In this document: one piece after another, positions 53,043 through 61,184 of the stretch | Position numbering within the stretch: position 1 is the first letter of the stretch | How the letters are laid out: each line of letters begins with the position of its first letter | From: a virus | Lineage: Duplodnaviria; Caudoviricetes | Virus record (IMG/VR): IMGVR_UViG_3300005937_000003 | Location: 17,131 to 81,130 of that record | Reading direction: 5' to 3' (one strand) | DNA: 64,000 nt | Position numbers and translations under genes: made by a program | The notes under the pieces: generated by a model | Database searches by the model: none | What the model was told of the DNA's origin: nothing | Seen by the model: only the letters and a program-made list of their open reading frames with translations

Positions 53043-53314
53043 GCCGTGCCCCCGTCGTTCGAGCCACCGATGATGTGGCCCGCCGTGTCGGCGCGCCCGA
53101 TCTTCCACAGCACGTAGGTGATGCCGTCAAGCTCGCGGCTGGACCAGGCGGGGCCGTGGTCGCAGATGGCGTTCTTGCCATTCGGGCAGAAGCCGCGCTG
53201 GTGCTTGCGGCCGATGCTGGTGAGTTGCTCACCGATCAGCATGCGCAGGCGGGCGCGACGCTGCTGCGGGTCCATCGGCGCCAGGCGCACGCCCAGGTAG
53301 CTGGTGGGGGTCAT
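53039..53314 (-). CDS. Hypothetical protein
   Basis: ATGA overlap. Confidence 0.55.
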   Translation of the reverse strand: MTPTSYLGVRLAPMDPQQRRARLRMLIGEQLTSIGRKHQRGFCPNGKNAICDHGPAWSSRELDGITYVLWKIGRADTAGHIIGGSNDGGTA

Positions 53315-53532
53315 CGCCGTACCTCGGCCTGCGCCGCCTCGATGGTGCGCAGCACGATTGTCGCGTAGTGGTCCATCGCCGCAGCCGAGTCGTGGCGCTT
53401 GATCGACTTCTGCAGCCGCACCAGCACCTGGCTCACATCGGGCTTGCCGCAGACGTCGCAGTACAGCACGCCAGAGGCGTCCATGAAGCCCTCGGAGCCG
53501 CACTCGCCATTGCAGATGTTCTCGAATCCCAT
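53311..53532 (-). CDS. Zn-finger small protein
   Basis: CNGEC...CDVC; GGAGGG hairpin leader. Confidence 0.65.
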   Translation of the reverse strand: MGFENICNGECGSEGFMDASGVLYCDVCGKPDVSQVLVRLQKSIKRHDSAAAMDHYATIVLRTIEAAQAEVRR

Positions 53533-53562
53533 GCTGAAGGCCCTCCATCGGCCGACGCATGG

Positions 53563-53606
53563 AATATACGCGTCAAGCTACCCTGCTGTCAACCTTTTCG
53601 GTGACA
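53563..53606 (-). promoter_or_regulatory. Promoter I with dyad operator; first promoter of the early region
   Basis: TTGACA-N18-TATATT; dyad 53587-53606. Confidence 0.8.
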
Positions 53607-53622
53607 ACGGGGCATCACAATC

Positions 53623-53727
53623 CTACTTCTTCTTGCCGCCCTTGGAGGCCTGCTTGCCGCCGCCCTTGCTGCCGTAGGGCTTGGCCTTCTTGCCGCCGAA
53701 GTTCGCCAGTCCCTTCTTCTTGGCCAT
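53623..53727 (-). CDS. 34-aa Lys/Gly-rich peptide
   Basis: MAKKKGLANFGGKKAKPYGSKGGGKQASKGGKK; TAGATG coupling. Confidence 0.55.
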   Translation of the reverse strand: MAKKKGLANFGGKKAKPYGSKGGGKQASKGGKKK

Positions 53728-53802
53728 CTACTTCTTCTTCCCCTTCTTGTTCTCCTTCAGACGCTTGTCCTTGGGAGTACCTGGGTTCGGTTTGCCGCCC
53801 AC
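53728..53802 (-). CDS. 24-aa Lys-rich peptide
   Basis: GTG GGKPNPGTPKDKRLKENKKGKKK after GGAGGTGAGG. Confidence 0.55.
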   Translation of the reverse strand: MGGKPNPGTPKDKRLKENKKGKKK

Positions 53803-53816
53803 GTCCTCACCTCCTC

Positions 53817-54383
53817 TCAGAGTGCGCCCGTGATCATGACGCAATTCCAGCCGCCCCACGTGTCCCACTCGTACGGGTCCATCTGTTGCCCCACGCCCTT
53901 CCAGTTCGGGGCGGGGTTGGCCAGGCCGAAGACCTCGCCATCGGTGCCGCGCACGCCCGTCCAGTGATACCAACGCCCGCCGCCCATCTGGCCGATGGTG
54001 TGCTCCAGCACGTAGTTCATGGTCGCCCAGGTCGGGTAGGCCAGGCGATGCACGCGGAAGCCGTACGCCTCGAAGACGGTCTGCAGATCCTGGCCGTTGG
54101 CGTAGGCCAGGCCGTAGTCGGGGCTGACCGCGCTGTAGCCGCACAGCCGTCGCAGTTCGTTCACGCCGTCCCACTCGTCCCACTTGCCGCCGCTCGGCGC
54201 GGGCACGCCCAGCGCGTTCATGACCCACGCCAGGCTCGCGCACGAGCACGTCCACGAGGCCTGCTGGATGACGGCTGGCTCGTTGCGGTTGAACGTGACT
54301 GGGGGATCGTCGGGGCGCGGGACGTCCCACTCGGGCGGCATCCACTCCTTGGGCGGGCAGTAGAGCGCCGCGACGGCGGTCAC
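53817..54383 (-). CDS. C39-like (papain-fold) peptidase; endolysin candidate
   Basis: QQASWTCSCAS...YHWT...LANPA gives a Cys-His-Asn triad with oxyanion Gln. Confidence 0.72.
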   Translation of the reverse strand: MTAVAALYCPPKEWMPPEWDVPRPDDPPVTFNRNEPAVIQQASWTCSCASLAWVMNALGVPAPSGGKWDEWDGVNELRRLCGYSAVSPDYGLAYANGQDLQTVFEAYGFRVHRLAYPTWATMNYVLEHTIGQMGGGRWYHWTGVRGTDGEVFGLANPAPNWKGVGQQMDPYEWDTWGGWNCVMITGAL

Positions 54384-54601
54384 ACCAGCCTCGCGCCGTC
54401 CACGGGGTTCCAGGCAATGACTGCACCCGACGAGAAGGGCTGTTGCACCTCGGTGTCGGTCACGGGCACCTCGGGCGAGAGCGGTACGCCCAGGTACTGA
54501 CCCGCCTCGCGGTAGCTGCGCCACAGCTTGTAGATGGCGCCCTCTGGGTTCAGGTCGCCGCCACCCGCCGATGCCCAGATGATGTGATCGACCATGCTCA
54601 T
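54380..54601 (-). CDS. Stand-alone LGFP-like cell-wall repeat protein (73 aa)
   Basis: AIYKLW...YLGVPLSPE...QPFSSGAVIAW. Confidence 0.65.
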   Translation of the reverse strand: MSMVDHIIWASAGGGDLNPEGAIYKLWRSYREAGQYLGVPLSPEVPVTDTEVQQPFSSGAVIAWNPVDGARLV

Positions 54602-54999
54602 GGCGACGTCTCGGCGTCCAGCGGGACGGCTGGGTCCATCGGCGGCGAGGGCGCCACCTCGCCGTTGGTCGTCGGCGCCTGGAAGGGTGCGAACGCACCT
54701 GGCAGCGACTGGCCTGGCTGGAGCACCTGCGCGTCGTCGGCGCTGATGATGGTCAGCGTCCGCTCGTTGACGTCGATCTTGACCGTGTACTCCTTGGGCA
54801 GCGTCTTGTCGTTGGCGTCGCTGATGGCGCCCAGCGCCTCGTCTAGTGACTTGCGCGCCTGCGCGACCATGCCCTGCGCCGCCTCGGCCGCCGCCTTGGC
54901 CGTCTGGTCGGCCGCCTGGAGCGCGGCCACGGTGATCTGGACGCGGCGCAGCGAGCGCTCGCTGACGGTGAGGGTGTATGCCTGATCCTGCTGCTGCAT
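54598..54999 (-). CDS. Tail-fibre-associated (chaperone-like) protein
   Basis: GGAGG RBS; coiled coil; directly after the fibre gene. Confidence 0.55.
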   Translation of the reverse strand: MQQQDQAYTLTVSERSLRRVQITVAALQAADQTAKAAAEAAQGMVAQARKSLDEALGAISDANDKTLPKEYTVKIDVNERTLTIISADDAQVLQPGQSLPGAFAPFQAPTTNGEVAPSPPMDPAVPLDAETSP

Positions 55000-55007
55000 C
55001 GAGCCTC

Positions 55008-56558
55008 CTAGCCTGGATACCCGTCGGTTGGGATGAATGCGCAATAGCCCTGCAGGTCGCCGCCGCTGGTGTAGCTCCAGCGCCCGCGAATCCTAACGCG
55101 TGTCCCAGCGCCCCACAGCACTGGCCCGTAGAACGTGCCGACCCACCCGTCGCCCATGTTGTGAAACGGTGACCCAACCATGAAGCTGCGGATGCCGACC
55201 AGCGACGAACCATTGACCAGAATCATCGTTTCAGGCGGCCACTGGCTGCCGCCACCCCAGTCGGGACGGCTGTACTCGCCGCCCTTGGTCATGCCCGCCA
55301 CACAGTAGTAGCCCGACCAACTGACGGTGACCTCGTTGCTGTAGTTGTAGCCGCTGCCGTCCTGCCCGCCTTCGACACCAAAACCCCAATACCTCAGACC
55401 TGGGGGGCCAACTGCACTCGCAGGCCAGTAGCGCAGGTAGTTGTCGCCGCTCATGCCCACCACATAGGTCGGCTTGCCGCCCTGGACGTTGGACGTCATG
55501 TTGATGTAGTTGGCCATGATGTAGCCGTTCGGGTCGCGCTGGACCACGTAGCTGCCCGCCACGGCGCTGCTGACGAGGAAGTCGCGCACGTCGTAGCAAT
55601 AGGCGCCACCGTCGCCGCGCTGGAAGAAGCGCCCGCTGGCGATGCCATTGCCGCCAACCGACATCGCCCAGCCCGGGTCGTAGCCGCCCGACACCATGCG
55701 CCCCGACGTCATCACACCGTCCACGGTGACGTTGCCCGTGAACCGCCCGTAGCTGGTGTAGATGCCGTTGCCGTACGGCATATAGAGTGCCCCGAGATCA
55801 CCCCGCCACTGGATGTAGACCGCATTGCTGCCCTCGAAGTTGATGCGTCCGCCGTAGGCGTTGAGGGTGCTGCTGGCGGTGAGCGCGCCCGCGACGGTGA
55901 GCGTGCTCGACATCGTGACCGCGCCCGTCTGGACGCTGGTGCCGTTGACCTGCAGGGTCGAGAGGCTGGCGCCGCCAGAGGCGTGCAGGCGCCCCGGGGT
56001 GACCTGCAGCGCGTTGATCTGGACCAGCCGCTCGCCTGGCGTGTTGGGATCGTCGCCCGTGCCTGCCTCGATGCGGGCGTTGGTGCGGTTGAAGCGGATC
56101 TGGCCCTGGTTGTTGATGCGGTTCGTCTCCACGCCGCCCACCGCCACGCCCAGCACGTCGGCCGACGCGCTGAAGACGCCCGTGTCGGGGTCGCCCTGGA
56201 AGCTGTAGCTCGGCAGCGCGGCCGTCCCAGCGCCCGCCAGCAGCCGCGTCGTGGTCAGCGACCCACCGCTGATGTTCAGCACGCCGCCCGCCTGCATGCT
56301 CATCGAGCCGCTCGGCCATGTCAGCACGCCATCGGCAGTGATCGAGAAGCGCGGCGTGGCGTCGCCCGTTACTTGCACGCGCAGCGCTGGGTCGGTCGCC
56401 GCGCCGCGCTGGATGGTCTGCGCGTTGCTGAAAGTGTTGGCCAGGCCCACGTGCGCGGCGCTGGCGTCCACGGCGTCGAAGTTGTTGTCGAGGACTTGGA
56501 AGTCCACCACCTCGTTGCCCAGAATGTCGTCCAACTGGAAGCGCGGGCTGAGGGCCAT
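55008..56558 (-). CDS. Tail fibre/spike
   Basis: N-terminal VLDNNFDAVD anchor; PSYSFQGDPDTGVF fibre repeat; Gly/aromatic C-terminus. Confidence 0.8.
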   Translation of the reverse strand: MALSPRFQLDDILGNEVVDFQVLDNNFDAVDASAAHVGLANTFSNAQTIQRGAATDPALRVQVTGDATPRFSITADGVLTWPSGSMSMQAGGVLNISGGSLTTTRLLAGAGTAALPSYSFQGDPDTGVFSASADVLGVAVGGVETNRINNQGQIRFNRTNARIEAGTGDDPNTPGERLVQINALQVTPGRLHASGGASLSTLQVNGTSVQTGAVTMSSTLTVAGALTASSTLNAYGGRINFEGSNAVYIQWRGDLGALYMPYGNGIYTSYGRFTGNVTVDGVMTSGRMVSGGYDPGWAMSVGGNGIASGRFFQRGDGGAYCYDVRDFLVSSAVAGSYVVQRDPNGYIMANYINMTSNVQGGKPTYVVGMSGDNYLRYWPASAVGPPGLRYWGFGVEGGQDGSGYNYSNEVTVSWSGYYCVAGMTKGGEYSRPDWGGGSQWPPETMILVNGSSLVGIRSFMVGSPFHNMGDGWVGTFYGPVLWGAGTRVRIRGRWSYTSGGDLQGYCAFIPTDGYPG

Positions 56559-56572
56559 GCTGCTGCTCTCCT

Positions 56573-57199
56573 TTACGGCAGATCGGTGGGCGACATCGTG
56601 CGAAGCTGCGCCCAAGTGATGTTGGCGGTCTTGAGTTCTTGCCAGGTGACGGCGGCGTCCATGACCTCCTGCCACAGCATGAAGCTGTACTCGTACTCGA
56701 TCAGCGCGCTGGCGCGGACGAGATGCTCCAGGGTGGCCTGCATGTCGCTGATGTTGGTCGGTACGCCTCGGATGTCGCTGAAGCGCACGATCAGCCGACG
56801 TCCTCGGAAGTCCTCGACGGGCTGGACGTTGCCCAGGTTGTAGGCGTTGGCCACCAGACGGATGACGAACGGCGTGCCCTGGCGGTAGCTGCGCATCTTG
56901 GCCACGATGCGGTCGGCGCGCTCGGCCTCGCTCAGTTCGCCCGTGTACGGCAGGCCGAGTTCAAGCTCCCAGTAGTCGAGGCCCCAGGTGCTGGTGCGCA
57001 CGAACAGTTGCGCGATCACCTCGGTGGTCAGGCCCAGGTAGGTGTCGAGTTCGTCGCCGTAGGTATCCATCAGCCGTGTCAGCACGGGCGAGCGCCTGAT
57101 AAACCACGGCTGCATCGACTGCATGTCGCGCCCGACGGCCGCCGTGATCGGCCACTCGGACATGCCGCTCTGCTTGGGTGCGTCGGGGTTGTAGGTCAT
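56573..57199 (-). CDS. Baseplate wedge protein (DUF2313/YmfQ-like)
   Basis: QLFVRTSTWGLDYWELELGL...ERADRIVAKMR. Confidence 0.85.
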   Translation of the reverse strand: MTYNPDAPKQSGMSEWPITAAVGRDMQSMQPWFIRRSPVLTRLMDTYGDELDTYLGLTTEVIAQLFVRTSTWGLDYWELELGLPYTGELSEAERADRIVAKMRSYRQGTPFVIRLVANAYNLGNVQPVEDFRGRRLIVRFSDIRGVPTNISDMQATLEHLVRASALIEYEYSFMLWQEVMDAAVTWQELKTANITWAQLRTMSPTDLP

Positions 57200-57200
57200 C

Positions 57201-58844
57201 TCAGATCTGGGTGAGCGTGTAGACGCCAGGCACGGCCACCTCGCGCTTGGCGACGCTGATGTTGCTGGTCGCCCCGTTGACGCGGAGCGTGGCGGGGTCA
57301 TAGTAGTCCACGCCCGCGTTGTCCTGAATGGCCGCCCCGACCTCACCGTAGATGACGTCGTTGGCCACGCTGCCCGCCGACTCGGCGTTGGCCAGCGCCA
57401 CCTGGCGCAAGTAGCGGTCGATGCTCAGGCTGACCGACTGCTGCACCCCGCCGTCGCCTGCCCACACGTAGCCCGCCTCGATGTGGATCGACACGGTGAC
57501 GTCGATGGGCCGCCCCACGGCGGGCTTGACGCGCACCTCATCGAGGATCGGCGCCAGGCCCTCGCGGTCGAAGGCCGAGAAGAACGAGTGGTAGGTCATC
57601 GAGTCGATGTAGATGGTCGTGGTGGTGTCGGTCCGCCTGCGGACGATGCTCAGGCGCAGCGTGTCGGTGCCGTTCCAGTAGAAGGGCACCGCGTAGTAGG
57701 CCCACTCCAGCGACATCTGGTTGGCCCTGAAGCTCGCGGTAGCCGTGCCCACCGCAAGGTCGGCGCTGGCCTGCGCGATCACGCCCTGCGTCACGTTGAA
57801 GACCTGCAGGTCCATCAGCGCCGTCGAGCCAGCCGTGGCGCTCACCTGGGCGCGCACGCGGGCTTGCCAGTTGCCTGCCTGGATCAGCGTCGAGGCCACG
57901 CCGCCGCCCTCCTGGCGAAGCTCGCCATCGGCGGCTGGCTGGTAGGCCATCGAGATCACCGTGCCCAGCGCGCCAGGCCTGCCCGTGACGCCCGTGGTGA
58001 CGCCGTTGCTGCTGAAGACGGTCAGGTCGGTGTCCTCGGAGATCACCTCGCGGCCAGGCGCGATGTAGGCCTGCACGGCGTCGCACAGCGCGGTGCTGGC
58101 GGGCAGCATGGCCAGGTCCACGATGTACAGGTCCACGGTGCCTGGCGGGCCAGCGTCAGGCTCACCTGGCCGCAGCGTGATGGCGCCGCCGACGCCTGGT
58201 ACGTCCCTGGCCCACTTGCGGTACTGGGCGGGGTTCGAGCCGTTGGGCGGGTCGCGAACGAACTCCAGAATGCGGTCGCGGTACAGGTCGTCGTTCTCGA
58301 CGTCCACACCACCCGTGAAGGGTTCGAGGTTGGCGACCCTGGTGCGCGAGATCGGCACTTCGAGTAGCTGGATGGCGCCCGCTGGGACGTTGCTGCCGAC
58401 GCCCACGTCGATGGCCGTCGCGGCCACGTCGATCTCGCCTGCGGCGGGGATGACCGTCGCGTGGTCGGTGCGGAAGCGGCGCGTGGCAGGCCCCAGCGTG
58501 GTGACCACCGTGTTAGCGGGGATGACCGTCGTCTCGGGGCCGATGAAGCGGACGATGCCCGTGGCCACGTCGCCCGCCAGGCGGTAGATGCCGCGCTCGT
58601 CGCCCAGCGCGTCGATGTCGGCGCCCGTGGCCACCTCGCCAGGCGGGCCGACCAGGCGGTTGCGCCACAGCATCGCCTCAAGCTGGCGGTACACCTCGGC
58701 CAGTTCGATGCTGACGGGCGCCAGCGCCATGTTCATCGGTGACGGCGGTGAGGTGTCGATGCCCGTCATGGCGTCGTTGGCCTTCATGCGCGCCAGGATG
58801 ACGTCGGCGTTCTGGTTGAGTTCGAGGTCAGGCGGGAAGGTCAT
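57201..58844 (-). CDS. Baseplate J/gp47 family protein with an inserted domain
   Basis: IDALGDERGIYRLAGDVATG...GSNVPAG...FTGGVDVENDDLYRDRI...YRKWARDVPGVG. Confidence 0.9.
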   Translation of the reverse strand: MTFPPDLELNQNADVILARMKANDAMTGIDTSPPSPMNMALAPVSIELAEVYRQLEAMLWRNRLVGPPGEVATGADIDALGDERGIYRLAGDVATGIVRFIGPETTVIPANTVVTTLGPATRRFRTDHATVIPAAGEIDVAATAIDVGVGSNVPAGAIQLLEVPISRTRVANLEPFTGGVDVENDDLYRDRILEFVRDPPNGSNPAQYRKWARDVPGVGGAITLRPGEPDAGPPGTVDLYIVDLAMLPASTALCDAVQAYIAPGREVISEDTDLTVFSSNGVTTGVTGRPGALGTVISMAYQPAADGELRQEGGGVASTLIQAGNWQARVRAQVSATAGSTALMDLQVFNVTQGVIAQASADLAVGTATASFRANQMSLEWAYYAVPFYWNGTDTLRLSIVRRRTDTTTTIYIDSMTYHSFFSAFDREGLAPILDEVRVKPAVGRPIDVTVSIHIEAGYVWAGDGGVQQSVSLSIDRYLRQVALANAESAGSVANDVIYGEVGAAIQDNAGVDYYDPATLRVNGATSNISVAKREVAVPGVYTLTQI

Positions 58845-58853
58845 CGGCGTCTC

Positions 58854-59333
58854 CTAGTAGGTGATCGACAGGTGCATGCCGCGCAGGCCCATCTCGGCGC
58901 TCGGGATCGGCGTGAAGCTCACGGTGACCTGATCCCCGAACCACTCGAAGCCGAAGTGCTGGACGTCGATGGTGCGGCCCTGTGTGCAGCGCGTCCAGGC
59001 GTAGATCAGCCCGCGTCGGATGTCCGCCTCGACCTCGGCGTGGGTGTCGCGCAGCATGGCCCTGGAGATGTCCCAGCCGAACCACAGCGGGAATACAGGG
59101 TGCGCGCCGCGCTGGGTCAGGCTCGCGACGATGCCGTCCTGCGCCCAGCCCTGCGCCCGCGAGGCGATGCCGATGCTGCCCAGCGCGTCGATGTTCCAGT
59201 CGGGGCCGTTGGTCGTGTTCCAGTCGATCTTGACGGTCGGCAGGAAGGCACGCGGGGTGAACGGCGTGTTCAGGTTGGTGCCAGGCGGCGGCGGGTTGGG
59301 GATCGTCGGGAACAGCGGGATGGTCATGCTCAT
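58854..59333 (-). CDS. Baseplate protein (DUF2634/gp25-like)
   Basis: 159 aa upstream of J; TQRGAHPVFPLWFG, EADIRRGL, FEWFGDQVTVSF. Confidence 0.7.
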   Translation of the reverse strand: MSMTIPLFPTIPNPPPPGTNLNTPFTPRAFLPTVKIDWNTTNGPDWNIDALGSIGIASRAQGWAQDGIVASLTQRGAHPVFPLWFGWDISRAMLRDTHAEVEADIRRGLIYAWTRCTQGRTIDVQHFGFEWFGDQVTVSFTPIPSAEMGLRGMHLSITY

Positions 59334-61183
59334 GGCAGCGCGCCCTCCTCCTCGGCCATGCGGCCTGGTGTCGTGATCTCGCTCGGGTACGGGTCGAGGA
59401 CGAAGTGGTCGTCGGTCTGCGTGGGTGTGCCGCCCGTCTCCCAGATGACCTCATGCAGGCCAGGCACGGGCGGAAACACGAACTGCGCGCCGTGGTACTC
59501 CCACAGCACGTGCTGCAGGCCCAGGTAGACGCCGATGGCGCCGCTGGTCGAGGCCGCGCCCTGTGCCGACGCGGACAGCGGCCGCCGCCTGGTGGTCTGG
59601 CCAGCAGCGGTGGCCTTGCCCGCCGCAGGGCTGAGCGGCGTGATGGTGCGCTTGCGGCCAAGGATGGCGGTGATCAGCGTCGAGCCTGCCGCGCTGGCCG
59701 TCAGGCGCCGCACTCGCGTCAGCACCGCGTTGGCCACGGCGACGCCCGCCAGGACACCGCCCAGCGGCCGCGACAGACCCACCTGGCCAGCCGCCGTGGC
59801 CTTGCCCGCCGCCAGGACGAGGCCGAAGTAGCGGATGCGCGTGAGCACCTCGTTGACGGTCGAGACGCCCGCGCTGGCGCCCAGCAGCCGCCGCCTGGCG
59901 CTCAGCACCTCGTTGACCGTGCTCGTGCCGCTCGATGGCGTGGTGCCCAGGATCAGGCGCCTGTTGCCGACGATGCCGCTCGCGCTGGCACTGCCCGTGC
60001 TGATAGCCCCCAGTGGACGTCGCCTGGTCGTGGAACCGCTGGCAGTGGAGGCGGCTGCCGATGCGCCGACCAGGCGACGAATCCGCGTGGGGGTGGCCGC
60101 TGCCGTCGCCGCGCCTGGGCTGGAGGCAAGCAGGCTGCGGCGGGCAGTGACCTGCCCACTGATGGTAGCGCGGCCAACGGCCAGCCCCGACATGGCCATG
60201 CGGCCGTAGGCGGTGGCGCGGCCCGCGCTGGAGCCGCTCAGCGTCCGACGTGCGGTGAGCGCGGCCACTGCCACCGCGACGCCTGTGCTGGCAGCGACGA
60301 GCGGCCTGCGCCGCGTGGGCGCACCTGCCGCGACGGCGAAGGCCACAGAAACGCCGCTGAGAGGCCGTCTGCGCCCCACCAGCGCGCTGGCCGACCCAGT
60401 GCCCACCGCGACGCCTGCAAGCGGCTTGACGCGCTGCAGCGAACCTGTGGCGGTGCTTGTGCCCGCGCTGGCCCCAGCCAGCATGCGGTAGGCGCTGTCG
60501 TCGCCTGTGACGGTCGAGGTGGCCGCCGACCAGCCCGAGAGCGACCGCTTGCGCTGCAGCGTGACGGCGACCGTGGCCACGCCAGCCGCTGACGTGGTGG
60601 GCTTGATGGCCCGCCTGGCCCTGACACCGACGCCCGAGATGGTCGCCCTGCCTGCGCTTGCGCCTGACAATGTCAGGATCGTCAGCAGGATGTTCCAGTT
60701 GTCCCACTGGGTCGTGCCTGGCGCGGCGTTCGCGGCGTAGGTGCCCGTCGAAGCGTAGGTGCGCAGCGAGGTGACCGCGAACGGTGTGCTGCGCATGAAC
60801 AGCACGTCGAAGTTGACGCCGTCCTGGCTGTACTCCCAGACCACCAGACCCTGCGCCTCGAAGGTCAGCTTCATGGCGCGCACGGGCGGCGTGCTCGGCC
60901 AGGGGATGTTGGTCGTGTTGACGATGGCGCCCGCCACCTGGCACTCGGCGTACAGCGTGCCGTCGCGGAAGCCGATGGTCACGCCGTTGTTGGCGTCCAC
61001 CTCCTCGCGCAGGAAGCACTGGCTGCCCGCCGTCCCAGCAGGCGTCTGCGGGATGGCCATCTGGACAGCGCGGCCCGTCAGGTCGTAGCGGTTGGCCGAG
61101 TAGACGCCGACGTAGCTGCCAGCGACGCTGGCCTCGCCGCTCTGGTTGAGCTTGCCGCCCGTCTCGACCTGGGTGCCTGGCAT
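59330..61183 (-). CDS. Tail protein: lectin-like N-terminus plus about 19 repeats of 20 aa
   Basis: YDLTG beta-sandwich segment, then L-x-G-x-S-x-G-x-A-T...R-x-R repeats. Confidence 0.75.
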   Translation of the reverse strand: MPGTQVETGGKLNQSGEASVAGSYVGVYSANRYDLTGRAVQMAIPQTPAGTAGSQCFLREEVDANNGVTIGFRDGTLYAECQVAGAIVNTTNIPWPSTPPVRAMKLTFEAQGLVVWEYSQDGVNFDVLFMRSTPFAVTSLRTYASTGTYAANAAPGTTQWDNWNILLTILTLSGASAGRATISGVGVRARRAIKPTTSAAGVATVAVTLQRKRSLSGWSAATSTVTGDDSAYRMLAGASAGTSTATGSLQRVKPLAGVAVGTGSASALVGRRRPLSGVSVAFAVAAGAPTRRRPLVAASTGVAVAVAALTARRTLSGSSAGRATAYGRMAMSGLAVGRATISGQVTARRSLLASSPGAATAAATPTRIRRLVGASAAASTASGSTTRRRPLGAISTGSASASGIVGNRRLILGTTPSSGTSTVNEVLSARRRLLGASAGVSTVNEVLTRIRYFGLVLAAGKATAAGQVGLSRPLGGVLAGVAVANAVLTRVRRLTASAAGSTLITAILGRKRTITPLSPAAGKATAAGQTTRRRPLSASAQGAASTSGAIGVYLGLQHVLWEYHGAQFVFPPVPGLHEVIWETGGTPTQTDDHFVLDPYPSEITTPGRMAEEEGALP

Positions 61184-61184
61184 C

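Noticed and set aside
17884-53606. Dyad repeats as a CRISPR array or as IS/MITE ends
   Set aside because: They are dispersed over kilobases with no regular spacers, cas genes, transposase or target duplications; each aligns with a promoter
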